Source of the DNA: an uncultured Clostridia bacterium
GTDB taxonomy: Bacteria > Bacillota > Dehalobacteriia > UBA4068
Assembly (NCBI GenBank): GCA_944393575.1
Contig: CALYAP010000014.1
Location: 2,819 to 66,818, forward strand
DNA: 64,000 nt
Direction: 5' to 3'
The translations under genes were made by a program, and so were the position numbers. Positions 38,427 to 49,168 of the stretch are shown piece after piece. Every line of letters begins with the position of its first letter. Positions within the stretch are counted from its first letter, which is position 1. The notes beneath the pieces were generated by a model. That model did no database searches. It was not told the DNA's origin and saw only the letters and a list, made by a program, of their open reading frames with translations.

Positions 38427-39377
38427 ATGGAATACCGGGAATTGGGTGATACTGGTATATTGGTGTCTAGGGTCTGCTTTGGTAGTCTTACCTTAGGCCC
38501 ACTATGCGCTAATTTATCTTTAGCTGAAGGTAGAGATTTGTTGCTGGAAGCCTTTAATCTAGGGGTTACCTTTATCGATTCGGCTGAGCAATATCGTACT
38601 TATCCATATATTAGAGCTGCTCTTGATCAAAGCGAGGTGCCAATAGTCGTTGCTAGTAAGACTTATGCCCATAATGACCAGGAGGCTTCTTGGGCTATCG
38701 AGGATGCCCGTATAGCTTTAGGCCGCGAGACCTTGGATATCTTTTTGCTGCATGAAGTGCGAGATGAAGAAGATTGGCATTCCCGGTCAGCGGTGTGGCA
38801 AGTGCTGTTAGATGCTAAGGCCAATGGTATTATTAAAGCAATAGGTCTTTCTACCCATAGTGCTAGGGTTGCATCCATGGCTGCAAATATTTCAGAAGTG
38901 GATATCATTCACCCTTTGCTGAATTTAGCGGGTATTGGCATCAATGATGGCGGCACTGATGCTATGCTATCTGCCATAGCTGCCGCCAAAGCAGCAGGAA
39001 AAGGTGTTTATAGTATGAAGGCTATTGCCGGCGGTGGACTGATGCACCAAGCGAAGGAAGCCATTTGCTGGGCTTATCAACAACCTGAAGTTGATGCAGT
39101 CGCCATAGGCTTCAAGGACAGAGCTGAATTAATCACTGATATTGGCTGGTTGAATGGGGAAGAACCAGCAGAGGCGCAAGAGGTTGCTTTAATTGATCGA
39201 AATATGACTTTTGATAAGGAACCTAGTTGCCATGGGTGTGGCCTATGTATTAAACGCTGCAGTACTGGCGCTCTTTATCTTGGCGATGATAATTTGGTAG
39301 CTTGGGATAAAAGCAAATGCCTTTATTGCGGCTATTGCATAGCTGCTTGCCCCTGGTTCTGTATTTCTTTTTGTTAA
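38427..39377 (+). CDS. aldo/keto reductase fused to a C-terminal 2x[4Fe-4S] ferredoxin domain
   Basis: MEYRELGDTGILVSRVCFG AKR N-terminus; CHGCGLCIKRC and CLYCGYCIAACP at the C-terminus; no recognisable SD. Confidence 0.8.
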   Translation: MEYRELGDTGILVSRVCFGSLTLGPLCANLSLAEGRDLLLEAFNLGVTFIDSAEQYRTYPYIRAALDQSEVPIVVASKTYAHNDQEASWAIEDARIALGRETLDIFLLHEVRDEEDWHSRSAVWQVLLDAKANGIIKAIGLSTHSARVASMAANISEVDIIHPLLNLAGIGINDGGTDAMLSAIAAAKAAGKGVYSMKAIAGGGLMHQAKEAICWAYQQPEVDAVAIGFKDRAELITDIGWLNGEEPAEAQEVALIDRNMTFDKEPSCHGCGLCIKRCSTGALYLGDDNLVAWDKSKCLYCGYCIAACPWFCISFC

Positions 39378-39393
39378 AGAAAGGATTGTGGTG

Positions 39394-39816
39394 ATGGGAA
39401 GAATAATGGGGTTAGATGTCGGCACCAAAACTATTGGAGTGGCTATGAGCGATGAACTGGGGTTAACTGCTCAGGGCATTAAGACTATTTACCGTAAAAG
39501 TATCGATGCTGATATGGCTGAGTTAGCGCAACTGATCGATGATTATCAAGTTGAGGAGATAATGATCGGATTGCCGCTCAATATGAATGGTACCCCTGGT
39601 CCTTCGGTGGAGATGGCCCGGGCACTAGGTGAGGAGATCTCCAGCAGACATGATATGAAGATTACTTACCGTGATGAACGTTGTTCCACTATGGCCGCCA
39701 CCAGGATCCTTTTAGATGGTGATCTCTCACGCAAAAAGCGGAAAAAGGTGATCGATAAGATGGCTGCTGTTTTTGTTCTTCAGGGGTATCTTGATTATTT
39801 GCAGAACAATAAGTGA
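39394..39816 (+). CDS. ruvX: Holliday-junction resolvase-like YqgF/RuvX
   Basis: MGLDVGTKTIGVAMSD. Confidence 0.9.
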   Translation: MGRIMGLDVGTKTIGVAMSDELGLTAQGIKTIYRKSIDADMAELAQLIDDYQVEEIMIGLPLNMNGTPGPSVEMARALGEEISSRHDMKITYRDERCSTMAATRILLDGDLSRKKRKKVIDKMAAVFVLQGYLDYLQNNK

Positions 39817-39892
39817 TGTTGCTTGATTTTTAGATAGTGATTGGTTATACTAGGAGCCTGCAAGTAAAAAATATAGAGGAGTATACAAGACT

Positions 39893-40153
39893 ATGAGCGA
39901 TATGATTACTTTGATCGATGAAGATGATGTAGAGCATGAATTTGCTGTTGAAGCTTTTTTAGATGTTGATGGCAATAGATATGCAGTACTGGTTCCGCAA
40001 AGCGAGGAGTTCGTTGACGAGGCAGTAATAATGCGTTTTGGCGAAGATGAAAATGGCGAGGAAGTCCTTTTCGATATTGAAGATGATGAAGAATGGGAAA
40101 AGGTTGCTGATGCCTATGAAGCCTTTGCTGATGAAGAGTATCAGGATGACTAA
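39893..40153 (+). CDS. DUF1292 (YrzB-like) acidic small protein
   Basis: DEDDVEHEF...RYAVLVP pattern; canonical position after ruvX. Confidence 0.75.
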   Translation: MSDMITLIDEDDVEHEFAVEAFLDVDGNRYAVLVPQSEEFVDEAVIMRFGEDENGEEVLFDIEDDEEWEKVADAYEAFADEEYQDD

Positions 40154-40166
40154 CTCATTAATAAAT

Positions 40167-40206
40167 AAAAACGAGCCAGCTATCAAGATAGCTGGCTCGT
40201 TTTTAT
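40167..40206. terminator. bidirectional terminator shared by the DUF1292 gene and convergent corA
   Basis: acgagccagctatc / gatagctggctcgt stem with A and T runs. Confidence 0.8.
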
Positions 40207-40224
40207 ATGTCGATAGGTCTTAGC

Positions 40225-41157
40225 TTAAAGCATGTCTTTTTTGCGCAGCAGAATAATACAGAAAATGCAAGCAATAAGTGCAGCCACTAGAATGATAACA
40301 AAGCCGAATATCGACCCTGAATTTTCAAAAGGAACACTGACATTCATACCCCAGAAACTGGCGATCATCGTCGGAATAGCCAAAATAATGGTGATGGACG
40401 TCAGTAATTTCATGGTGGTCGAAAGATTATTAGAAATCATGGATGAAAAGGCGTCAGTGGTGGATTTAGTAATATTGCCGTAAATCTCCGCCATTTCGAT
40501 AGCCTGGGAATTTTCGATAATAACGTCTTCGAGAAGATCAACATCCTCTTCATACATTTTAATCGTTTTTCCCCGCAGCAGCCTATTCATCACCTTGGCA
40601 TTATAACGTAGGGAGGTGGAAAAATAGGTTAAGCTCTTTTGAAAATTTAGCAGAGCCAGTAATTCTTTGTTTTTCATGCTTTTGGTCAGCTCTGCTTCCA
40701 TTTTTTCTGCCCTGCGATTAATATCACGCAGATAGCGGAGAAAAAGTGTGGTTTTGCGATTCAGTGTATGGAAAATAAAACGTGTTTTCTTAAAAGTAGC
40801 AATTCCCTTAATCCTGCTAAGGTTGAATTCTTCCAGCAAGTTGGTGTCTTCCAGACAAACAGTTACGATATAGTCGTCATTAAGAATCATACCTAGAGGA
40901 ATTGTATCATAGATGATATCATCATCAGTTCTGATTGGCACATTGATAATGATCATCGCTTGATCATCTTCTACTTCAACCCTTGGAATCTCTTCATCAT
41001 CGAGGGGATATTTCAAGAAGTCATAATCAAGACCGGTCTCTGCAGATACGCGGTTTATTTCTGCTTCAGTCGGATTGACCAGATTGATCCAGCAGTCCTT
41101 TTCAATTTCATCCCGACATTGTAATTTATTATCAATAGTACGATAGATGAAAATCAT
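40225..41157 (-). CDS. corA: CorA-family Mg2+/Co2+ transporter
   Basis: C-terminal two TM with the GMN motif (FWGMNV); ATG start after RBS AAAGGAGG. Confidence 0.9.
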   Translation of the reverse strand: MIFIYRTIDNKLQCRDEIEKDCWINLVNPTEAEINRVSAETGLDYDFLKYPLDDEEIPRVEVEDDQAMIIINVPIRTDDDIIYDTIPLGMILNDDYIVTVCLEDTNLLEEFNLSRIKGIATFKKTRFIFHTLNRKTTLFLRYLRDINRRAEKMEAELTKSMKNKELLALLNFQKSLTYFSTSLRYNAKVMNRLLRGKTIKMYEEDVDLLEDVIIENSQAIEMAEIYGNITKSTTDAFSSMISNNLSTTMKLLTSITIILAIPTMIASFWGMNVSVPFENSGSIFGFVIILVAALIACIFCIILLRKKDML

Positions 41158-41337
41158 AGACAAACCTCCTTTGGTAGGGAGGCTAGGCGATCATGACCAC
41201 GCACGGCCTCCCTTGATAACAATGCAGATAATATGAGTGATAGTCGCTACTCGGGCAACCGTCCATGGTATCACCTCCAAAAAATTTTCATGTAAATCGC
41301 AACCAATTTATTATACTGCATATTTTTATTTTTGCAA
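41158..41337 (-). promoter_or_regulatory. corA promoter (TTGCAA-16-TATAAT) and ~145-nt structured leader with an anti-SD hairpin and a 27-codon uORF
   Basis: See findings. Confidence 0.45.
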
Positions 41338-41525
41338 AGCTTTTTTACGCTAATTTTAAAAAATTAACATTATTTTAGCAGGCCGAAAGAAGATTGCTTG
41401 TTTTTATCGATACAGCATGATATTAGTTATTTGATGATATTAGGTGAATTATTTGCTCCGGATAAAGATATATTGTATAATAACCGTAGCATCTATACAC
41501 ATCTTACATATTTGGAGGACACTCT

Positions 41526-42866
41526 ATGCGACAAATGACAGCAGTTATTCTCGCTGCCGGCCAGGGAACGAGGATGAAAAGCAATAAACCTAAAGTTTTG
41601 CATGAAGCAATGCATAAACCATTGGTTCAATATGTTATTACTGCAGTTCATCATGCGGATATTGAAGATATATGTATCGTTGTTGGCCATGGTGCTGATG
41701 AAGTTAAAAAAGCGCTTGGTGAAGAAGGGTATATCTATGCTCTTCAAGAGCAACAGTTGGGAACTGGCCATGCTCTTATGCAGGCTATGCCGGTTCTCCC
41801 GCCTAGCGATAGTATTATGGTTCTATGCGGAGATACCCCTTTGCTTACAGACACTACCCTGCAGCAACTACGGGAATATTTTACTGCCACTGAGGCTGCG
41901 TGTACTATAATGACCACTGTTTTACCTGATGGAGGTAATTATGGCCGCATTGTCCGTGATGCTAATGATGAGGTTGCAGCTATCGTAGAAGCGCGTGATG
42001 CTTCTGCTGAAGAGTTGGCTATTGGCGAAATAAACAGTGGCGTCTATTGTTTTGACCGTGAGGCGTTGACAATGGTCATTGATAAGCTTACCCCTAATAA
42101 TTCGCAAGGGGAATACTATCTGACTGATATCATTAGTGAGCTCAGAGCTATTGGCAAAAAGGTTAATGCCTATGTTTGCCAAGATGCTGACGAGATCATG
42201 GGTGTCAATGACCGCTATCAGCTTTTTCAAGCCTCAGAAATACTTAGAAAGAGAAAAAATATGGCACTGATGCTCTCAGGTGTTACCATGGTGGATCCTA
42301 ATACGGTTTATATTGATGATACTGTGGAAATAAGCCCTGACTGTATCATTGAGCCGCAAGTATATATCGAGGGCGTTTGCCGCATTGGCAGTGGGTGTCA
42401 TATTGGCCCATCCGTCAAGATTAGTAATAGCGTTCTTGGCGATAATTGTGAGGTTGGCCCATTTTGCTATCTCCGCCCGGGGACAGTTTTAGCGAATGGG
42501 GTTAAGGCGGGACACTTTGTTGAAATTAAGAAGAGCCACGTGGGTAGTGGCTCTAAGGTACCTCATTTAAGCTATATCGGTGATGCTGAGATTGGGGAAG
42601 GAGTCAATATAGGCTGCGGCACTATCACCTGTAATTATGATGGCAAAAATAAATATTCCACCACTATTGAGGATGAAGCATTCATTGGCTGTAATACTAA
42701 TTTAGTGGCTCCGGTAACTGTTGGCCACCGTTCAACTATAGCAGCTGGTAGTACTATAACCGAAGATGTTCCGGAAGATTCTTTAGCCATCGCTCGCGGT
42801 CGTCAGCGTAATATCAAGGGTTGGACGGAAGCTAAAGATCCGCGCTATAAAAATAATGACGAATAG
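41526..42866 (+). CDS. glmU: bifunctional GlcNAc-1-P uridyltransferase / GlcN-1-P acetyltransferase
   Basis: LAAGQGTRM N-terminus; C-terminal left-handed beta-helix hexapeptide repeats. Confidence 0.95.
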   Translation: MRQMTAVILAAGQGTRMKSNKPKVLHEAMHKPLVQYVITAVHHADIEDICIVVGHGADEVKKALGEEGYIYALQEQQLGTGHALMQAMPVLPPSDSIMVLCGDTPLLTDTTLQQLREYFTATEAACTIMTTVLPDGGNYGRIVRDANDEVAAIVEARDASAEELAIGEINSGVYCFDREALTMVIDKLTPNNSQGEYYLTDIISELRAIGKKVNAYVCQDADEIMGVNDRYQLFQASEILRKRKNMALMLSGVTMVDPNTVYIDDTVEISPDCIIEPQVYIEGVCRIGSGCHIGPSVKISNSVLGDNCEVGPFCYLRPGTVLANGVKAGHFVEIKKSHVGSGSKVPHLSYIGDAEIGEGVNIGCGTITCNYDGKNKYSTTIEDEAFIGCNTNLVAPVTVGHRSTIAAGSTITEDVPEDSLAIARGRQRNIKGWTEAKDPRYKNNDE

Positions 42867-42951
42867 TAAAGGAAATCAACTTTAAATAGTGAATAAAAAT
42901 ATAGTTGATATACTATTTAGTTATACTGCAAGAAATACTGGAAGGAGAGTC

Positions 42952-43905
42952 ATGATGAGCAGCTTCAAGATGAAGTTATTCACAGGTAATGCTAACAGTC
43001 CACTGGCAGAAGAGATCGCCGAATACCTTGGCATCCCAGTGGGGATAGCTAAGGTCAAAACATTTGCCGATGGTGAAATCGCAGTAGAGATTGGTGAGAG
43101 CGTACGTGGCTGTGATGTTTTTATTGTTCAGCCTACTTGTGCCTCGGTAAATGATAATTTAATGGAGCTGTTAATTATGATCGATGCTATGCGCCGCGCT
43201 TCAGCACAGCGTATCGCTGCGGTTATTCCTTATTATGGCTATGCCCGTCAAGAAAGAAAGACCAAAGCCCGCGATCCTATTTCCGCTAAGTTAGTCGCTA
43301 ATTTGATTTCAGCAGCTGGTGCTGATAGGGTCATTGTTATGGATCTGCATGCTGGAGCTATCCAAGGCTTTTTTGATATTCCCGTAGACCATTTGCCAGG
43401 AGTGCCTCTACTAGCAGAATACTATAAAAATATTGGTCTGGACAACCTAGTTGTTGTTTCTCCTGATGTCGGCGGTGTAGTAAGAGCAAGAAATATGGCT
43501 AATAGACTAGGCGTTGACTTAGCTATTATCGACAAACGCCGCAAAGAAGCTAATCAGTCTGAAGTCATGCATGTTATTGGCGATATCAAAGATAAAAATG
43601 TTATCATTGTCGATGATATTATTGATACTGCCGGAACTATTACCAAGGGAGCCAAGGCGCTGAAAGATCTGGGAGCTAAAGATATTTATGCCTGCTGTAC
43701 TCATCCAGTCTTTTCGCCGCCTGCCATGGAACGCCTGGAAAATTCTGAGATCAGCGAGGTTTTAGTTACTAATACTATCCCGATCGATCATCAGCGCCAA
43801 GGATATTCTTCCAAGATCAAGGTGCTGTCAGTGGCAGCTCTCTTAGGAGAAGCTATTATTAGAGTCCACGAAAATCTCTCTGTAAGCCGTCTTTTTGACG
43901 AGTAG
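42952..43905 (+). CDS. prs: ribose-phosphate pyrophosphokinase
   Basis: [18 protein letters not shown]-terminus, PRPP-binding DDIIDTAGT; the track start at 42889 is too long. Confidence 0.93.
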   Translation: MMSSFKMKLFTGNANSPLAEEIAEYLGIPVGIAKVKTFADGEIAVEIGESVRGCDVFIVQPTCASVNDNLMELLIMIDAMRRASAQRIAAVIPYYGYARQERKTKARDPISAKLVANLISAAGADRVIVMDLHAGAIQGFFDIPVDHLPGVPLLAEYYKNIGLDNLVVVSPDVGGVVRARNMANRLGVDLAIIDKRRKEANQSEVMHVIGDIKDKNVIIVDDIIDTAGTITKGAKALKDLGAKDIYACCTHPVFSPPAMERLENSEISEVLVTNTIPIDHQRQGYSSKIKVLSVAALLGEAIIRVHENLSVSRLFDE

Positions 43906-43908
43906 ATA

Positions 43909-44850
43909 TCAGTCTAATTTCTGCTTTAGATCACTTTCAGCAATATTATTGGCGTCGGGATTATCTATCCCGGCGTCATCTATTTCATCAACTCCTTCAG
44001 TCAAAACGTGCTTTTCTAAAACCGCATCTTCATCGATAGCGATTTCATCTTTAAGTGGAGCTTGGTCGGGATTTTGTTGTGGGACATTTGGGTGATCTAA
44101 TTTTTCTTGGTTATTAGCTGATGAAATAGTAGCGTTTGGAGAAACCGTTTTTTCTTGCTCTTCTTCCCATGAAGTAGTTTCATTGAAATCGGCATCTCTT
44201 TTTTTCATTTTTTCCATTTTCTCGTTGATATTGGCAGAGAGACGTTTGGTCATATCTGCGGTGTTGCTCATAAATTCCGATGCTTTCTCTTTGACTGTCT
44301 CGGCAGCATTACCCATATTGGTTAAAAAGGTGTTCTCGATATCCATAGCATCATCAGTTGCCTCATCTTTGAGCATAACTGTCCGGCCAGCAATAGCGAT
44401 AATATGTTCGCCATTGACCAGCGACCGCACCTTGAAAAATCCATCTGGAGCTATTTCCAGGCCACTGATTTTACCTGTAGCGCTGTTAAAGCGGTATTCC
44501 TCTATTTTGCCTAATGTTCTGCCTCCTGTGGTAAACACACGGGAGCCTATAATACTCACGGGATGGCGCAGTGCGCGGATAAACCTGCTGCTTTGCCCTC
44601 TTCTTTCAATACAAGTGGCGGTTTCTACGGTTACCCCATCTTCACCGAAGTTATAAACTGCTTCAAAAGGGAGAATCCGCTCGTCCTTGCCCAAGCGCCT
44701 TCTTTCTAAAATAAATCCCTGGATAGCACAAGCCTTGACGTCCACTAAGAGCTGACGGATATTTCCTAAGTATAATCCTTCATTGCAGCTATATACCGGC
44801 ATACCAATGATTTTTCTGGTACTGATATCCCTGACAACTTTTTCAGCCAT
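43909..44850 (-). CDS. tandem PRC-barrel protein with a long acidic low-complexity C-terminal tail
   Basis: Two PRC-barrel modules (IIGMPVYS...; IIGSRVFTTGGRTLGKIEE...), then ~130 aa E/D/N/Q-rich. Confidence 0.7.
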   Translation of the reverse strand: MAEKVVRDISTRKIIGMPVYSCNEGLYLGNIRQLLVDVKACAIQGFILERRRLGKDERILPFEAVYNFGEDGVTVETATCIERRGQSSRFIRALRHPVSIIGSRVFTTGGRTLGKIEEYRFNSATGKISGLEIAPDGFFKVRSLVNGEHIIAIAGRTVMLKDEATDDAMDIENTFLTNMGNAAETVKEKASEFMSNTADMTKRLSANINEKMEKMKKRDADFNETTSWEEEQEKTVSPNATISSANNQEKLDHPNVPQQNPDQAPLKDEIAIDEDAVLEKHVLTEGVDEIDDAGIDNPDANNIAESDLKQKLD

Positions 44851-44946
44851 TTTTGTTCACACTCCCATATCTCTTTTGCAAAAATATATGGAGAAAAAGT
44901 GCGATATATGCTTTTTTCTCGCTATACTATATGATAAAATATCCTC

Positions 44947-45540
44947 ATGAAGATTATTTTTGGGTTGGGAAATCCGGGAATGCGCTATGCAACTACCCGG
45001 CATAATTGCGGCTTTTTGACTTTAAACAGCTTGGCTGCTCAGTTGAATCTTTCTTTTGATAAAAAGATAGAGGACAACTTAGTGACTATTGCCGCTGTGG
45101 CCGGAGAAAAGGTCCTTTTGGCCAAGCCGCAATTATATATGAACTTAAGTGGTTTTCCTGTAGCTAGATTGTGCCATTATTATAAAGTCGATTATACCGA
45201 CATTCTGGTTATTCTGGATGATCTCTCTTTGCCGCCGACCTCCTTACGTTTTAGACGGGGCGGCAGTGACGGTGGACATAATGGAATGAAATCGATCATT
45301 GAACAAACTGGCACCAAAAACATCAACCGCCTCAAGATCGGCATTGGCGAGGCAGCATTTAATACGGTGGATCATGTTATAGGCCCATTTACAGGAGAAG
45401 AAATACCTGCTTTCGCCAAGACGTTTAATGTAGCAGCAGAGGGAGCCCTTTGTTGGGTAAAAGAAGGAATTGACGCTGCGATGAATAAATATAATTGCTT
45501 GGAACCGCTTCTGGCACAGGAAAATGACGGAGACAATTAA
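44947..45540 (+). CDS. pth: peptidyl-tRNA hydrolase
   Basis: MKIIFGLGNPG...TRHNCGF...GHNGMKS. Confidence 0.95.
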   Translation: MKIIFGLGNPGMRYATTRHNCGFLTLNSLAAQLNLSFDKKIEDNLVTIAAVAGEKVLLAKPQLYMNLSGFPVARLCHYYKVDYTDILVILDDLSLPPTSLRFRRGGSDGGHNGMKSIIEQTGTKNINRLKIGIGEAAFNTVDHVIGPFTGEEIPAFAKTFNVAAEGALCWVKEGIDAAMNKYNCLEPLLAQENDGDN

Positions 45541-45700
45541 AATAGAAGCGGGATAAAATATCATTAAACAGTTTTATTATGGTGCGGTATTACAGCAATT
45601 AAGGGGGTGCGATTTTAGGAATCGCACCAATTCTGCGTGGATACAATTCCTTTATATAGACTAGACGCATTGATGTAAAGCACATTTATTAGGAGGATAT

Positions 45701-48700
45701 ATGCAGCGTATATTTGATGCTTGGCATCAGCAAATAGAATATCAAAAAATATTGAATGCCATCAAAAGGAAGCAAATTTCAGTGCTTTCTGGATTGCCCC
45801 AGCCGGCCAAGGCCTCCTTGACTGCGGCTTTATTTGCTGATATGGCTCAGCCTTTTTTGATCGTTACTGCAGAAGAGAGTGAAGCTATCGCGCTGGCAGA
45901 TGATTTGCGTTCTTTTCTGGGTGAGAAGGTACTGCATTTTCCTGTTCTGGAACTGCTGCCTTTCGAAGTTTATGCTCATAATATCGAATTAGTCTCCGCC
46001 AGGGTTGATGCGTTATCCCGCTTAGCACGTGGAGAAAAAATATTGGTAGTAGCTTGTGTTAATGCCATCACCAGGCGTTTGACGCCGCCGCAGGTTTTCT
46101 TGCGCCATCATCTGACACTGGCGCCGGGAGATATTTTTGATCCGGGCGAATTGGCTACCCGTTTTGCCGATATGGGGTATGAGCGGACAGCGTTGACTGA
46201 AATACCAGGATCATTCAGCCTTAGAGGTAGCATTATTGATGTTTTCCCTATTACTGAAAGCCGTCCTTATCGTATTGAATTCTTTGATGATGAGATTGAA
46301 ACAATTCGCTTTTTTGATCCAGATTCACAACTTTCTTCTGAACAGGTATCGCAAATTACCGTTGCTCCGGCCCGCGAGCTGCCGGTAGATGATTTGGCAC
46401 GCAGTCAAGCAGCTCTTCTGTTGGAACAGGAACTGGAAGAAACTAAACAGCGCCTCCATGGCGAAGATAAGAAAAGACTTGGTGATATTTTTAATCCGCT
46501 ATTAGAACACTTGCATGAGGCTATTTGGGATAACTCGATGGAATCACTGATGGGTTATTTCTATAATGATGCTGGCAGTATTTTTGATTATCTTGTTGAT
46601 GGAGTTATTATTCTCTCTGAGCCGCAGCAGATCAAACAAGTATCTGAAGATCTCAAAAATGAACGCAATACCCGCTATTTTGACCTTTTGGATCAAGGAC
46701 GCTTATTACCATCGTTTTATCATAATTTTTTAGATTATCAGGAATTATATCAGGGGTTCTGTAGGCATAGGCTGTTTTTGCTATGTCAATTAAGCCCTCA
46801 GACTGGGGATATCACTCCTGCTTTGGAACAGTCATTTTTGGCCCGTGAATTACCTAATTATGCTCGTGATCCGCAAGGCTTCGCTAAAGATATGAAGGAG
46901 TTTTATCATGCCGGTTACCATATCTTTATTGCGGTGAGCTCTGAAACTCGCTATCACAGAGCTCAAGAAATAGTATCCGAGTTAGGACTATCTGGGGTAA
47001 GTATTGTCAGAGCAGCCTTTAACAGCGGCTTCGAAAGTCCAAAACTGAAAATTGCTTTGGTTACAGAGAAGGAGCTTTTTGCTAAAGAAGGACGAAGAAA
47101 ACAGCGCCGCACCTATAAGGGTGGGGAAAAAATAGCCAACTTCCTTGATTTGCGTGCTGGTGATTATGTGGTCCATATCTATCAAGGTATCGGCCAATAT
47201 ATGGGCGTAGAGCGCCTCAAGGTAGGAGATGTTGAGCGCGATTATCTGCTGATTCGCTATCAAGGTGAAGATAAGCTTTATTTACCAGTTGATCAGCTAG
47301 ACCTGATCCAAAAATATGTGGGTAATGAAGGCAATGCGCCTAAACTCAACCGTTTAGGCGGTAGTGAGTGGGGCAGAACAAAGGCTAAGGTTCGTGCTGC
47401 TGTCCAGAGAATGGCTGAAGACCTGCTTAAGTTATATGCTGCCAGAGAGCAGACAAAGGGGTATGCTTTTTCTCCTGATGTGCCCTGGCAAAGAGAATTT
47501 GAGGATGCTTTCCCTTATGTAGAGACAGAAGATCAGTTAACCAGCATTGCTGAGATCAAGAAAGATATGGAATCAGAACAGGTGATGGACCGTCTTCTTT
47601 GTGGTGATGTGGGTTATGGTAAGACAGAGATCGCTTTGCGCGCGGCCTTCAAGGCTGTTATGGATGGCAAGCAGGTTGCCATTTTAGTGCCTACCACGGT
47701 TTTGGCCCAGCAGCATTATCATACAATCACTGAACGTTTTGCCGGATTCCCGGTTAGCTATGCTTGTTTATCAAGATTTTATTCACCGAAAGAGCAAAAA
47801 GAGACAGTGCGCAAATTGGCCTCTGGCGAGCTGGATTTGGTTGTTGGCACACATAGGCTGCTATCAGCGGATATCAAGTTCAAGGATTTAGGTTTGCTGA
47901 TAGTTGATGAAGAACAGCGTTTTGGCGTAGCCCATAAGGAGAAAATCAAAGCACTGAAAACGCAGGTAGATGTTTTGACTCTCTCGGCCACGCCGATTCC
48001 ACGCACCTTGCATATGGCATTGGTCGGCATGCGGGATATGAGCATTATTACTACTCCGCCTGCGGATAGACATCCGGTGCAGACTTATGTAGTAGAATAT
48101 CATGAACGGCTAATCCGCGATGCTATTGCCCGAGAGGTAGGAAGAGGGGGCCAGGTATTCTTCCTGCATAACCGGGTATTTGATATCTATAATGTCGCAG
48201 AAGAATTACAGCGTATTTTGCCCGGTATCCGTATCGCAGTGGCACACGGCCAGATGAAGGAAAAAGAATTGGAACAGGCGATGCTTGATTTTATCGCTGG
48301 ATCAGCAGATGTTTTAGTATGTACCACCATCATTGAAAGTGGCCTGGATATCCCTAATGTTAATACGCTGATTGTTGATGATGCCGATACTTTTGGCCTT
48401 TCTCAGCTTTACCAGCTGCGGGGTAGGGTAGGGCGTTCAGAACGACAAGCTTTTGCTTATTTCACTTTTAAGCGGGAGCGGCTGATTAATGATATTGCTA
48501 AAAAGCGCTTGACAGCTATTCGTGATTTTACTGAATTAGGCTCGGGCTTTAAGATTGCCATGCGCGATCTTGAGCTACGCGGTGCCGGCAATATTCTTGG
48601 CCCCGAGCAACATGGACATATTATGGCCGTTGGTTTTGAGCTTTACTGCAAACTTTTAGAGGAAGAGATGCTTAAAGCATCAGGAAAAGAAACTCCCCAG

Positions 48701-49168
48701 CAAGAGATATCTACGTTGTTGGAACTGGATCTCAATGCTTATATCCCGGATGCATTTGTTCAGGATTCCATGCTAAAAGTAGAGATTTATAAGCGTATGG
48801 CTGCTGCAGAAAGCAATACGGATATTGACGACCTAGCCGATGAGCTGCGGGATCGGTATGGTGATTTACCTGATACCGTTATTAATTTATGTAAGCTAGG
48901 AAAAGTTAAAGTCCTAGGTAAAAAATTACAAATAGTCTCTATTATCCAAAAAGCAGATTATATCGAGGTTAAATTTGCCGATGAGCATCATGTCAGCGGC
49001 GAAAATCTTTTGTCACTATTAGAACATTGGAAGGATAAGGTAGCCTTTGTCAATAAAAAGTTTTTTGCTATTAAATTGCATACTGCTGGAATGGATACTA
49101 AGGATTCTTCTAGAACCGATATGTTGATCAGCATGCTAAGCGAACTTGAACGTAATGTGAACAAATAG
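45701..49168 (+). CDS. mfd: transcription-repair coupling factor
   Basis: UvrB-homology N-terminus, CarD/RID, DEAD/H helicase (GDVGYGKTE, DEEQRFG), TRG motif. Confidence 0.97.
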   Translation: MQRIFDAWHQQIEYQKILNAIKRKQISVLSGLPQPAKASLTAALFADMAQPFLIVTAEESEAIALADDLRSFLGEKVLHFPVLELLPFEVYAHNIELVSARVDALSRLARGEKILVVACVNAITRRLTPPQVFLRHHLTLAPGDIFDPGELATRFADMGYERTALTEIPGSFSLRGSIIDVFPITESRPYRIEFFDDEIETIRFFDPDSQLSSEQVSQITVAPARELPVDDLARSQAALLLEQELEETKQRLHGEDKKRLGDIFNPLLEHLHEAIWDNSMESLMGYFYNDAGSIFDYLVDGVIILSEPQQIKQVSEDLKNERNTRYFDLLDQGRLLPSFYHNFLDYQELYQGFCRHRLFLLCQLSPQTGDITPALEQSFLARELPNYARDPQGFAKDMKEFYHAGYHIFIAVSSETRYHRAQEIVSELGLSGVSIVRAAFNSGFESPKLKIALVTEKELFAKEGRRKQRRTYKGGEKIANFLDLRAGDYVVHIYQGIGQYMGVERLKVGDVERDYLLIRYQGEDKLYLPVDQLDLIQKYVGNEGNAPKLNRLGGSEWGRTKAKVRAAVQRMAEDLLKLYAAREQTKGYAFSPDVPWQREFEDAFPYVETEDQLTSIAEIKKDMESEQVMDRLLCGDVGYGKTEIALRAAFKAVMDGKQVAILVPTTVLAQQHYHTITERFAGFPVSYACLSRFYSPKEQKETVRKLASGELDLVVGTHRLLSADIKFKDLGLLIVDEEQRFGVAHKEKIKALKTQVDVLTLSATPIPRTLHMALVGMRDMSIITTPPADRHPVQTYVVEYHERLIRDAIAREVGRGGQVFFLHNRVFDIYNVAEELQRILPGIRIAVAHGQMKEKELEQAMLDFIAGSADVLVCTTIIESGLDIPNVNTLIVDDADTFGLSQLYQLRGRVGRSERQAFAYFTFKRERLINDIAKKRLTAIRDFTELGSGFKIAMRDLELRGAGNILGPEQHGHIMAVGFELYCKLLEEEMLKASGKETPQQEISTLLELDLNAYIPDAFVQDSMLKVEIYKRMAAAESNTDIDDLADELRDRYGDLPDTVINLCKLGKVKVLGKKLQIVSIIQKADYIEVKFADEHHVSGENLLSLLEHWKDKVAFVNKKFFAIKLHTAGMDTKDSSRTDMLISMLSELERNVNK

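Noticed and set aside
41158-41337. M-box (ykoK) Mg2+ riboswitch upstream of corA
   Set aside because: I cannot find the conserved M-box core sequences. I kept the element as an uncharacterised structured leader instead.
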